The translations under genes and the position numbers were made by a program. DNA of 32,000 bases from Paramicrosporidium saccamoebae KSL3 (Eukaryota; Fungi; Cryptomycota). Shown piece by piece: positions 1-9,613 of this stretch. Under the pieces are notes generated by a model. It saw only the letters and a program-made list of their open reading frames with translations, was not told where the DNA came from and searched no databases. The stretch spans positions 89,203 to 121,202 of the forward strand of contig MTSL01000117.1 of the NCBI GenBank assembly GCA_002794465.1, in the 5' to 3' direction. The stretch's first letter is position 1; every line of letters begins with the position of its first letter.

Positions 1-84
1 ATCTCCAGTGACGTGAAATCCGGCTATATTGCATCCAGCAGTGTCCCACATAGCCACCGCGGTTCAACGTTTATGTGTTATGAA

Positions 85-3061
85 TTACAATTTACAGAGT
101 GCGGTGGATAGCTCTTCCAAACTAAACTTGCATCTGTGCGAGTCGAGTAGCTGGTGGAGCAAGGTTGAATCGCCGTCACAGACAAAGGACCAGATTGCAG
201 CCTCGTCCATAGCATCGGCTTCTTCCAACATTTGGCAGACGGCACTACATCGGCCACTAACCGGACCATCCAATTTAAGTGCTTTGACGTCTATCGGGTT
301 AGTAGCGTCAATAGCAAGCACCTTGCTCCGTGACCATCATGAAGGAAGCGAGGATTTCTGACAATGTCGCTGGCGGAACCACAAATTTGTTCACAAATCC
401 TTCCCTCTGGAGAATTTCCATAAAAGTCCAATCACGGAATGTGAGTATTTTGTCAGTCAGCTTGGAGATTACCTCGTCCGGCGGGGTGTAGCCACGATCA
501 CGGGCAAGTCTTAGCAATCCACAGAACACCTATTTTTAGCCAAACGGCCCAATGGCTTACCGGAGTATTTCGACTGTCATAAGATACTTCTAGCAAATCG
601 GACAGTTCCTCCATCGCCAATGGATTCTCTGCATTAAATCCCTCAGCACTGCTTATGCGGAAGAAACTCCACGCAACATCCACTTGGTGCGCAGAGACTG
701 AGGCTTTGAACAGCTTTGGGAACGGGCCAAGAATCTCGAGTATGCGTGTCGCATCGGAGATTTCGATTCTCCTTAAGAAATTTGCCAGGCATTCGCGAAA
801 CGTCCTCGGTCCCAGCACTGACCCAAGCACTTCGGTAAGTTTGCGGTACAATAAATTTTGTTCAGCTTGTTGGGTCGTATTCAAAATTTCCAGGAGGAAA
901 AGTTCAATCAAGAGCTTGAATTCACCAGCATGATCATCTCCAAAGGAACGCGAAATTGTTTTCGCCGTCTCTGAAAACTCGACAGCTGTTTGGACTTGGA
1001 GCTGCTGAAGGAGAAATGCCGGAATCAGCGATACTGTCTGGTTTATGGAGATTCTTTGCAAATTCCGCTCACCCCAACCGAGGTGCGTGGATTGCTCCAA
1101 TAGGGTGAGTAGTCCCCCAGCAATTTTGGGATAGAATGCACACGGCATACCATCCAATTCAAGCTTAAACTCGTCGGACTGTAGGAATGGCCATTTAATA
1201 CATTGGACAGTCTTTCCAGCAACAATAACAACCCAAATTTGTCCTGATGGTTGCCATATGAAAAAATCATCCACGTGAGTTGGCTTTAATATTTTGGCAG
1301 CAATATCCCGATGCTCTGCTTCCTCTCCCTGGGGTGGCACCAGCACCGAGAACAGAACTTGTCCCCTCTGAACGACAAAGAGATGGAATTGCTTACCTGC
1401 ATAAAGTGCGTTGGAGATGAAGGCAAACTTCCAGGCTGACGGATCGAGCGATGCGTCTGAAAATGACGTGAACGAAGCAGAGATTAGAATTTCCATGCTG
1501 AATGGGCCTTTGTCGTAAGAAAGCTTGATGATCTGCAGAATAAACTCGCCTGATAGGATTCCCAGTTGTCCATGGCCGCATGCGTTCAAGGCCACCACGT
1601 TTTTGCTTGCAACTTGTCGATGAAGGACATTTTTGATTCGCAACTCTGCCTTTGGGGATATAATCCAAAATTCACATTGCCCATTGTACATTCCGGACAC
1701 GGCCAGCAGCTTTTCACTTCCACACTCTACCCACGTCATATGGTCCACAGTAAATTCTTGTTCCTCTCTCGGGTCACTGAACAATTTCCATCGTCGCTGC
1801 GACATGTGACATAAACAGAATCCTGTTTTCCCGGCAACGGCGACCCATTCACCGGTCGGATCAATGATCACACGGCGGATCGGACCATTGAGCTTTCCTT
1901 GCATGTAGAGATCAAATGGGACATCGATTACTTCCCACAGAAAGGAATGGTCTCGAATACTAATGGCCGTGGAGTCATCTTCGGCGGCTTGAGCCGAAAA
2001 GAGACCTCGGGATATTCGGAGATGCATTAATTGGCCAGAACACTCCAAAAAGGCCAATTTCGAGTTGCACCCGCTGGTGATACCCAGTCGCGCCAGAGAA
2101 TATTTGAAAATAAACTGTTCGCCTGAGATTGACTCGGCCAAAAGGAGGAGAGATGTTCCAACCGTACACATCAGAAAGCTCAACACTTTGGCAACGGCCC
2201 TCTCTGGCGAAAAGTCAATTCTCTGCACAAATGTTCCTTGTGAATCGTAAAACTTGACAACCGTAGAGTCTGCAATGGCGAGGAGATTTGACGTGATCCA
2301 AGCTACACAAGATGGCTCAGTATCAGCTTTGATCTTGGTGAGAATGGGCGCACCTAGCCTATGCAGATCTATGACCACCACCCCCAATTCACAAATGTGG
2401 GCCAATAAGCCACGCTTCCTATGAATGTCAATCCGAGCGTCTGCCTCTTTCACAGTTCCCATGGGAATGAGGATTTTTGCAGTACGGAGATCGATAACTC
2501 GTCCATCAGGCATGAAATATTCATAGACGAAAAACCCATCAGAGGTCATTTGTCCAAGACAGCCGTCCTTTGTCAGGACCAAGTTTGAAGATGTCGTGGC
2601 CGGCGACATTGGTGCATCGCCCGTTATTGGCCTCCCAACTCCATCAAGCGTGCAGTCAAACACCAAACTTACTGACGGTGTGGCAAGTGTCATGTCTGAA
2701 TGTGTATTGGTCTTGGAAGGCAGAACGGAGGTCGGAGTAGCGACTACCCGAAACCTGTCTGCTTTGCCATTCTGTGTCTTTACATCTACCGCATCCCCGT
2801 CCCACTTTTGCACCAACGCATATCCACCTTCAGTCTCATCTAGAAATGATGTTGGTCGTTCCTGATGTGCCAGTAAACACAATGGCTAAAACATTAACAT
2901 GGGCCCTGCAGCCATACTGACAATGACCAGAGGGATACAGCCCGGGGGCCCACGGCTATGAATAATGCGCGCTTGGAATCGGGGCATTTGTAGAGAACAG
3001 AATATGTGCCGCAATCTAGGGTAGGCAGTTGAAGAACTGTAGGTGTGCCCACCAGGAACAT
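85..3061 (-). CDS. RIC1: RIC1 (Rab6/Ypt6 GEF subunit; beta-propeller + RIC1 domain)
   Basis: Exon 3061-2918 (MFLVGTP...DSKRALFIAVGPRAVSLWSLS) joined via a 32-nt GT-AG intron (2917-2886) to PLCLLAHQERP resembles the RIC1 N-terminus. The main ORF has RIC1-like motifs (WVAVAGKTGFCLC...RRWKLFSDPREEQEF). A 31-nt intron 560-530 leads into VFCGLLRLARD. The junction into the last segment (321-85) is unresolved, so the CDS could end at 308. Confidence 0.85.
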
Positions 3062-3085
3062 TTTGGCTCCCGGGGTGCGGCGAGC

Positions 3086-3494
3086 ATGGATGAGCTATTC
3101 GACCTTCCTCGGTAATCCACCTGATCGTGTTGCCAATATTCGTAGAAAGTACCAAGAAGAAGGCTATCAGGAAGGTTTGAGCGCTGGCAAACGGCGGGGC
3201 TTTGAAGAGGGCTATATGCTTGGGGGTGAGGAGGGCGTCAAGCTTGGTCGGGAACTCGGCCAGATAGCCGGTCGACTCTTCCAGCTCCTCTCCCAAAACC
3301 CTCCAGAGAATACGGCCAGGAAGATTTCGAGGACGCTGCAAGAGATCCTGGCAGTGTCCTTTGCAAATCAGGAGGATTTGGAAAAGGAAGTGCGGATTTC
3401 CAGGATACGTGGTGCCTACAAGGAGCTGTCCACCATTCTAAATGTATCGATGCCAAAGTCTGTCGTATCAGATAAGGCCAAGTTTGACTTTTAA
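3086..3494 (+). CDS. LTO1: LTO1/ORAOV1 (Yae1_N family; Lto1-Yae1 adaptor for Fe-S delivery to Rli1/ABCE1)
   Basis: ATG 3086, 34-nt intron 3112-3145 (GTAAT...TAG). Has the deca-GX3-type motif EGYQEGLSAGKRRGFEEGYMLGGEEGVKLGRELG and a C-terminus IRGAYKELSTILNV...KFDF like ORAOV1. Confidence 0.8.
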
Positions 3495-3707
3495 ACGGTC
3501 ATGTAGATTTTAATAGACAAATATCGGTTATTCATATTGTAAAGTAGTGGAATGTTTAGCTGGGTGTTGAATCTTCAATGTTTGGACATTCTATGCTGGT
3601 GAGCCCATACCAGTTGGTAATAAAGTTCCCTGTTGTCCATTTAAATTTATATTGACACCGTGGTATTACTCCTACCCTACCACGCCATAATACAACGGCA
3701 TAGTGGT

Positions 3708-4609
3708 ATGGATGTGCCCGAGGAGCACGAAGCAATTGTCCACACCAATGACGAGGCCCTTTCTTGTAGAATAGCGTTAGACATGAGCGGCATGTTTCCT
3801 GACCCGTTTGCCAGGTTATTCCAGCGACACGTCCACTACGAACCAACCTCTCCCCTCATACTTCGCGGTATGCAGCCTTGATTTTGATTAACCCCCTAGG
3901 AACATTTATTAGAACCAAGGCAATAGACAACGTACTGCTAAATATAGCGTCAACGGAACCGGTGCAGGTAGTGACGTTGGGAGCGGGATTTGATACGCGT
4001 TGGCATCGGCTCTATGATCAGTTGGCGAATGTGACGCGATATCTGGAGATTGACTTTAGAGAGGTTGTCCATAAAAAGCAAAGGATCCTTGGTCAACAAA
4101 TGCCCTCTCAGGATCCTCGCTATGCGATGGCAGCTTTTGACATGGAGCAGGATGACCAAGCGCTGTTGGAATTTTTGCAGATTAATAGTCTCAGCTTGGG
4201 GGTCAAGACTATATTTATTGCCGAGTGCTTCTTGATGTATTTGGGTCAGCTAAGAGTCCAAAGGCTACTTACGACATTGTCTATGCATTTCCCTATCGGC
4301 TCTCAAGTTATTCTGTATGATGCCGCTTTTATAGAAAATGACCGGTTTTCGTCATTTATGGTGGAGAATTTTGCCCGTCGCAATATCAGACTCGATCCTT
4401 TCTGGGTGCTCTCTCCTGAACAGATATGCAACGTGTGGGCGCCCGTCTGGACTACCCTCGATCTCCAAAACATGAGCAATCTAGAGCAATCACCATATCT
4501 CACCGAGGATGACAAATTGATTCTTCGCACTCGGAGCATTCTCGACGAATACGAAGAATGGGCACTAGTCAGTTCCCATTACTACCTTGCAATCCTCAAT
4601 AAACAATGA
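3708..4609 (+). CDS. PPM1: Leucine carboxyl methyltransferase (PP2A methylase, LCMT1/PPM1)
   Basis: ATG 3708, 32-nt intron 3868-3899 gives PLILRG-TFIRTKAID. Motifs QVVTLGAGFDTRW, YLEIDFREVVHKK, IFIAECFLMYL, DEYEEWALVSSHY. Confidence 0.87.
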
Positions 4610-4642
4610 ACCCGGCTACCGCGAATCCTGTTACATCACGGA

Positions 4643-4657
4643 GGGAGGGGGGAGGGT
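4643..4657 (+). other. G-quadruplex-forming G tract
   Basis: GGGAGGGGGGGAGGG fits G3N1G3N1G3N1G3; it lies just after the PPM1 stop. Confidence 0.5.
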
Positions 4658-4740
4658 TGGATTGAAAAGGCGCAATCAGCCTGTCTTACACGCTGAATGC
4701 ACAGTCGGTTGATTGCTTTGTATTTTGAATGCACAAGATT

Positions 4741-4979
4741 CTTTATTGGGATCCCTAACCCGTAATTATATCATCTCACACTAGCTGGGAGGTTAGTAAT
4801 AAAAGTTTGCTAAACAGTACCCACTTGTTATTGGCGAGTCCGACCCAGCTAGTAATCTCACAAACCATTCCTACGATATTATGCATGGCTGCCTATATGC
4901 CACATACTATAATACAACTAATTCGCTCATCAATAGACCCTTTACTGGAATCCCTGAGTTGTAATTATATTATCTCACA
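4741..4979. repeat. Imperfect 40-bp direct repeat pair flanking a 10-bp inverted repeat
   Basis: 4741-4780 vs 4940-4979 match 33/40. ACTAGCTGGG (4780-4789) and CCCAGCTAGT (4844-4853) are perfect reverse complements. Confidence 0.75.
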
Positions 4980-5251
4980 ACAACCTCAGTCGTTTGGATT
5001 GTGGAACAACTGGCTCGTCAATGCTTCCCGCGGTTGAGGGGAGGTGAAATGAAGAACTGCGGAGGGGCGTGCGGTAGAGCTGGATTGTCGTGGCGCTGGT
5101 ACTAGGTGGGGTACACGGAGTAGCAGGCATTTCGGACGACCAGTGGGACCCAGTGACCGCCGGTGCAGAGATTCTATACATCAATGGGAGTGAATCCGTA
5201 CATTGCGTGGCGGATGCAGCTCATGTCCTCCAGAACATAGTCGGGCAACAT
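4975..5251 (-). CDS. Possible unannotated 82-aa S/T/P-rich protein (spliced)
   Basis: ATG 5251, candidate 28-nt intron 5201-5174 (GTACG...TTGAT...TAG) joins MLPDYVLEDMSCIRHA to the 4975..5184 ORF. No recognisable domain. Confidence 0.3.
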
Positions 5252-5260
5252 TGCATGAAT

Positions 5261-6529
5261 TCATGCCAAGTGCGTTTTTCGTTTAATATCATGTCTGTCG
5301 GCGATTTGTCCATTCTTAAGCCTCATTGTAATCTGTATGGCTTCTTCGTCTATGTCAAGGAGAGTAAAGTGGTGTTCAATGATAGTCTTTTGATACACAC
5401 CCAGCGACTCGACTCGTTCCTGATCAAGCGCTCCCCCACCGCCTCCAGTAATCAGATAGTGGACGCCATTTCGTTGGCCACGCTGATAATTGTGCTGATG
5501 TCCAGATACGACTAGATCTACATGATATTCTTCGAATAGTGGCACCATCGACTCGCGCATATAGACGGGCCATTGATCTTCTCCCTTCTTCCAGGTCTTG
5601 GAGTTCCAAAACTCGATGAACGGAGGTATGTGCGTGGAAACTATTCGAAAGTCAGCCTGTAGGGATTCCTCGCTTTGCAGCTCCCTCTCCAGCCATTTTA
5701 CCTGATCACCATCCTCAGTGTTGGCATCCAGCACTATGAAGCGTGTCTTACCAATGGTTATAGCATAAAAATACCCAATCGGCCGACCAGGAAGCTGAGC
5801 TAAAGACGGAAAGTATGGTGCGAGTTTATCATCGGACATGTCGTGGTTTCCCTGTGTCAGAATAAAAGGAACCTGGCTCAAAAGCCCGGAATGTCGAAGT
5901 GGGTCGAAAAAGTAAGCCTGCCAGTCGTGATCCTCGTATGAAGTCTGCACCATATCGCCCACGTGGAGGAAGAGGTTTGGATTTGTCGCCGCAATTTTGG
6001 GGAGCATACTTCCAAATGTCCTGTATCCACTCTGGTTATCCCCCAGAACTACTACACGGAGCTTTCCTGCATCGGATGGAGGGATAGCTATGCTGTAACG
6101 GCGAGATGATTTTGAGGAAGCAGATTGAATTTCATAACTGCTCTTTCCTGGCGGCAGCCCGGCCAAGAATGCCCTGTACACAGAGGCTTTCGTGCCCTTA
6201 CTATAGGAAAGCTTTATCCCGGGCACTTGCATCTCTTGTGCGCCGTTCCATTTGAGCTGCGCGTCACCGTCCGCCCGACAAGCCTCCCAGACAATGACTG
6301 CTCGATTATCACCGATCAATTGCACCATCGGGCCCTTGCGGAATGCGCACTCTGTGAAAAACGAAATCCCAAACAAGTGATACGTGAGGCCTGCGCCGAA
6401 ATTGGGCAACCATAGAATACCAAGTAGCAGAGCAGCCAGAATAAATAATGTAATCACCATGAGAAGCGAGTAGATTTGATCAAAGGTTGACGGAGAGCGT
6501 GGGTACCTCTTCCGTCCCGATTTGAGCAT
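5261..6529 (-). CDS. Membrane-anchored calcineurin-like metallophosphoesterase (purple-acid-phosphatase-like, FN3 + Metallophos), paralog 1
   Basis: First ATG 6529; N-terminal TM helix. Motifs LGDNQ, HVGDMVQ, QGNHD, VSTH, SGHQHNY. Intronless. Confidence 0.85.
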   Translation of the reverse strand: MLKSGRKRYPRSPSTFDQIYSLLMVITLFILAALLLGILWLPNFGAGLTYHLFGISFFTECAFRKGPMVQLIGDNRAVIVWEACRADGDAQLKWNGAQEMQVPGIKLSYSKGTKASVYRAFLAGLPPGKSSYEIQSASSKSSRRYSIAIPPSDAGKLRVVVLGDNQSGYRTFGSMLPKIAATNPNLFLHVGDMVQTSYEDHDWQAYFFDPLRHSGLLSQVPFILTQGNHDMSDDKLAPYFPSLAQLPGRPIGYFYAITIGKTRFIVLDANTEDGDQVKWLERELQSEESLQADFRIVSTHIPPFIEFWNSKTWKKGEDQWPVYMRESMVPLFEEYHVDLVVSGHQHNYQRGQRNGVHYLITGGGGGALDQERVESLGVYQKTIIEHHFTLLDIDEEAIQITMRLKNGQIADRHDIKRKTHLA

Positions 6530-6699
6530 GACCGTTGAACGCTGTGACAAAGCTTATGGGATTGGAGGGCTCTCCTGTCAAAGTTTGAGACTATTTTGGG
6601 TAGCCAATGAGAGGCCATTGTTTACTAATGGCCAAACTTGGCTTTATGCGATAATAAGCCAATAATTTGGCTCACAGGGGGTGGTTCGTTTATAAGTAT

Positions 6700-8073
6700 C
6701 TAGGGGTCGGCAGCACGATATCTGCGAACAACGTTCTTTGGGATGGTGAGTTGGTCAAATTCTCTGCGATCCACCCCGTACGCCTTTATGGTAATTTCCG
6801 TCTTGGTAATATCCAAATGCAAGTAATGGTGCACAAAGCTCGTCTTTTTAAAAACATGATGATCCTCTACCCGATTCGTATCTAGCATTCCTCCACCACC
6901 TCCACAGATGACATAATGTACGCCGTTGCGAAACCCGCGCTGGTAATTGTGTTGATGGCCCGAAAGGACCAGATCGACGTGATATTTCTCGAATAAAGGG
7001 ACCATCTTGGAGCGAATCATTGCAGCCCATTTGTTCTCCCCACCTCGCCAGGATTCGGCATCCCAATACTCGACGAACGGCGGGGAATGTATTGTTATAA
7101 TGCGAAAGACTGAACGCTGGGTGGGGATGGCAGCGAGCTCGGCCTCTAGCCATTGGATCTGCTCATCGCCTTTGGAATTGCAATCGAGGACGATGAAGCG
7201 CACTGGTCCGGCAGAGAATGCATAATAATACGCGGCACGATTTTTGGAGAGTTTTGTTGTAGGTGCAAGATAGTCACTGGCGCCATGTTCAGAGAGATCG
7301 TGATTTCCCATTGTGATGACAGAGGGTACCTTGGAGGACATGCCAGAACGCGTGAGGGCATCAAAGAAAAAGACTTGCCATTCAAAGCGTTTCTTCCCTT
7401 GATTCACCATGTCCCCTACATGAAGGAACAAATCGGGTCTCCGCTTCGACAGTGACCGGAGTAGCTGAGTGAATGTTTCACTCCCGCCATGGCTATCTGA
7501 AACAATCCCCACCGACAAGGTCTCGACCAAGTCCCCTGGATGATAAAAGGTTGCCGAAAATGGAGTCTTTTCCCCTGTAGTCCTGCCCTTGTGTCTCCGC
7601 TGGGTGGCAGAGTCGTCTGGAACCAGCCTGACAATGTAATCGTAGAAGCTGTCAGAAATTAAATTCTGAAAGTAGACGCGATGGACAAAGCGATGAGGTC
7701 CAACATGCAGAAACTCCATAGAGTCGGCCGCAAATCGATGCTCCACATCGGCATCCCTTATCAGCTGCTGCTTGGGCCCTGATCTGTAGGCTGGTCTTCG
7801 CTTGTAGAGCAATTCAACATCATCATAGCGACAGTTTGTCTCCCACATAATCATCACTGTTGAAGTGTCAACCATCTGGACAAATGGCTGTTTCAGAAAG
7901 CCACACGGCACCAGCTCCATGCGGTACATGTTATACCACAGAACAGACATGATCCGCGGCACATATCGTGACCAGATCCAACGTCCCAAATCAAACACAA
8001 AGTATAGCACTGCCAATACCAGGAATGCACGGATGGTGCTACGCCAGAATCGCGGTGCTACATACATAGTCAT
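6700..8073 (-). CDS. Membrane-anchored calcineurin-like metallophosphoesterase, paralog 2
   Basis: First ATG 8073 (alternative 8067); N-terminal TM helix. Motifs VSDSH, HVGDMVN, MGNHD, ITIH, SGHQHNYQRG. Clearly paralogous to the 5261-6529 gene. Intronless. Confidence 0.85.
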   Translation of the reverse strand: MTMYVAPRFWRSTIRAFLVLAVLYFVFDLGRWIWSRYVPRIMSVLWYNMYRMELVPCGFLKQPFVQMVDTSTVMIMWETNCRYDDVELLYKRRPAYRSGPKQQLIRDADVEHRFAADSMEFLHVGPHRFVHRVYFQNLISDSFYDYIVRLVPDDSATQRRHKGRTTGEKTPFSATFYHPGDLVETLSVGIVSDSHGGSETFTQLLRSLSKRRPDLFLHVGDMVNQGKKRFEWQVFFFDALTRSGMSSKVPSVITMGNHDLSEHGASDYLAPTTKLSKNRAAYYYAFSAGPVRFIVLDCNSKGDEQIQWLEAELAAIPTQRSVFRIITIHSPPFVEYWDAESWRGGENKWAAMIRSKMVPLFEKYHVDLVLSGHQHNYQRGFRNGVHYVICGGGGGMLDTNRVEDHHVFKKTSFVHHYLHLDITKTEITIKAYGVDRREFDQLTIPKNVVRRYRAADP

Positions 8074-8112
8074 AACAAATTCACTTAACACTAAATTTGT
8101 TTTAGTCTTAAG

Positions 8113-8754
8113 ATGCTTGCCGCGCAGTATGTGGAGGAAGAACGGACAAAACTAGACCTGATGATCAGGGAGCGGAGGGTGCTGTTGGAGAAGGAATTGA
8201 ACGAGTCATTACAGAGGCTGAAGAAGGAGCTGCCTAATGGCTTTTTAAAACTGACACTGCGCGAGTTTCTCCAGCTGGAGACGCTCACCCGGAATACGAT
8301 TGTAGATAAGGAGAGGAGGATGACGCGTTCCATGGCCCGCCATTCACAACGAGAAACGATTGTTGTTGAACAGAAGAGACAGACAATAGTTACCGAAACT
8401 AATACTGTGGCGCAGACACCGAAATTCCACCCAGGACTGCCAGAAACACCCGCTGCCCTCCGCGGTAATCGTAAGCGGAATACTGCTACTGCCAAGGCCA
8501 CTACAAACTCTTCTAATATTTTTGCCGAGCCGCGTACAACCATCCGCGGAAGCATCAGCAGCAAGCGTGCTGCCGGTCTGATGAGTGTAGAACTGACAGA
8601 CGGAAAGGTGCTCGATGTAGACATTACAGAAAGTCCCAGTAAGATGCTGGCGGGATTGGGACAGGATGCAGTGGCAGATATGAAGAAAAAGATGCAAGAA
8701 TACGCATCGCATTTAAAGTCGTTTTTTAAGAGGCTAAAAGTACACGATAAATAA
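8113..8754 (+). CDS. Borealin/Nbl1-like chromosomal passenger complex subunit (tentative)
   Basis: N-terminal helix ending ELPNGFLKLTLREFL resembles Nbl1/Borealin_N; basic TP-rich middle; C-terminal SVELTDGKVLDVD...LGQDAVADMKKKMQ resembles the Borealin C-terminal domain. Confidence 0.5.
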   Translation: MLAAQYVEEERTKLDLMIRERRVLLEKELNESLQRLKKELPNGFLKLTLREFLQLETLTRNTIVDKERRMTRSMARHSQRETIVVEQKRQTIVTETNTVAQTPKFHPGLPETPAALRGNRKRNTATAKATTNSSNIFAEPRTTIRGSISSKRAAGLMSVELTDGKVLDVDITESPSKMLAGLGQDAVADMKKKMQEYASHLKSFFKRLKVHDK

Positions 8755-8757
8755 GAA

Positions 8758-9613
8758 ATGTTTGTAACAGAATGGTGTGCAGGTCAGGTTGAGAAGATGG
8801 AGTGGGATGGGACAGTGACAGAGCTGTTGCTGAATTACTCGGGATGTGTGTACACCACACTGCGCACGATTGACAATGGGAAGCGGATTGTGGAGCTTGC
8901 TGCACATGCACGCCGACTCGGTAATTTAATCCGGCTAATTTTCATCGATAGCTGATTCTGTGGGAGTGATTACAGAGTTTTTGTCATTAGACGACGCACT
9001 TGTCTCAATTCTACAAGCAGCGCTGCCCGATGATCCCACGTGTAACTACAAAATTACTGTTATAGTCACCAAGAACAAAATCCTTGCCATTCCAGAAGCA
9101 ATGCCTCCAAAGCCATCCTTTGTGCAAATCGAAATCAAATCTCTGTCACGCCGTACTCCGACAATCAAATCAACCAACTGGGTAGCGGACCGTCAATCCG
9201 TAGAGCAGGCGAGGCGCCCTGAAAGCAATGAAATTGTAATGCTCAAAGGCGATGAACTGGTGGAGGGTCTTTCAAGCAATCTTGCAGTCATCAGAACAAT
9301 CGGCGACTTTATTGAGATTAGGACAGCACCAAAGGGAAGAGTTTTGGCAGGCACCATTATGGAGCTTGTAAAACAAGCCGTGGAGGGGATGAACAATGTT
9401 AAATTGATTGAAGAGTGTCCAAGAATGGCAAAACTCTCTTCATATGAAGCCGTCTTTATAACGAGCACGTCTCGTCTAGTGATGCCTGTAGATTGCATAA
9501 TTCTTCCTGATGGATCCACCATCAACGTGAAAAGCTCTGCCAATCCCACCCTACTTTGCATTGGTGAAGCGGTCGAACAACTATTAGCATCCCGTTCAAC
9601 CTCACTTTACTAG
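8758..9613 (+). CDS. Class IV PLP-dependent aminotransferase / ADC-lyase-like protein
   Basis: 31-nt intron 8921-8951 (GTAAT...GCTAAT...TAG) gives HARRLADSV. Motifs VYTTLRT...HARRL, TIKST (PLP Lys), EGLSSN, VLAGTIM, EAVFITSTSRLVMPV. Confidence 0.85.

Noticed and set aside
1-60. Minus-strand MWDTAGCNIAGFHVTGD resembling a small-GTPase WDTAG motif
   Set aside because: It sits at the very start of a possible ORF with no upstream P-loop and lacks the following Q/E; it is too short and cut by the window edge.
2886-3341. 151-aa minus-strand ORF
   Set aside because: Shadow frame over RIC1 exon 1 and antisense to LTO1; no homology signal.
4753-4761. CCCTAACCC, like a telomerase RNA template
   Set aside because: One 9-mer is expected by chance at about 0.25 copies per 32 kb on both strands; it is degenerate in the second repeat copy and I saw no pseudoknot or other telomerase RNA features.
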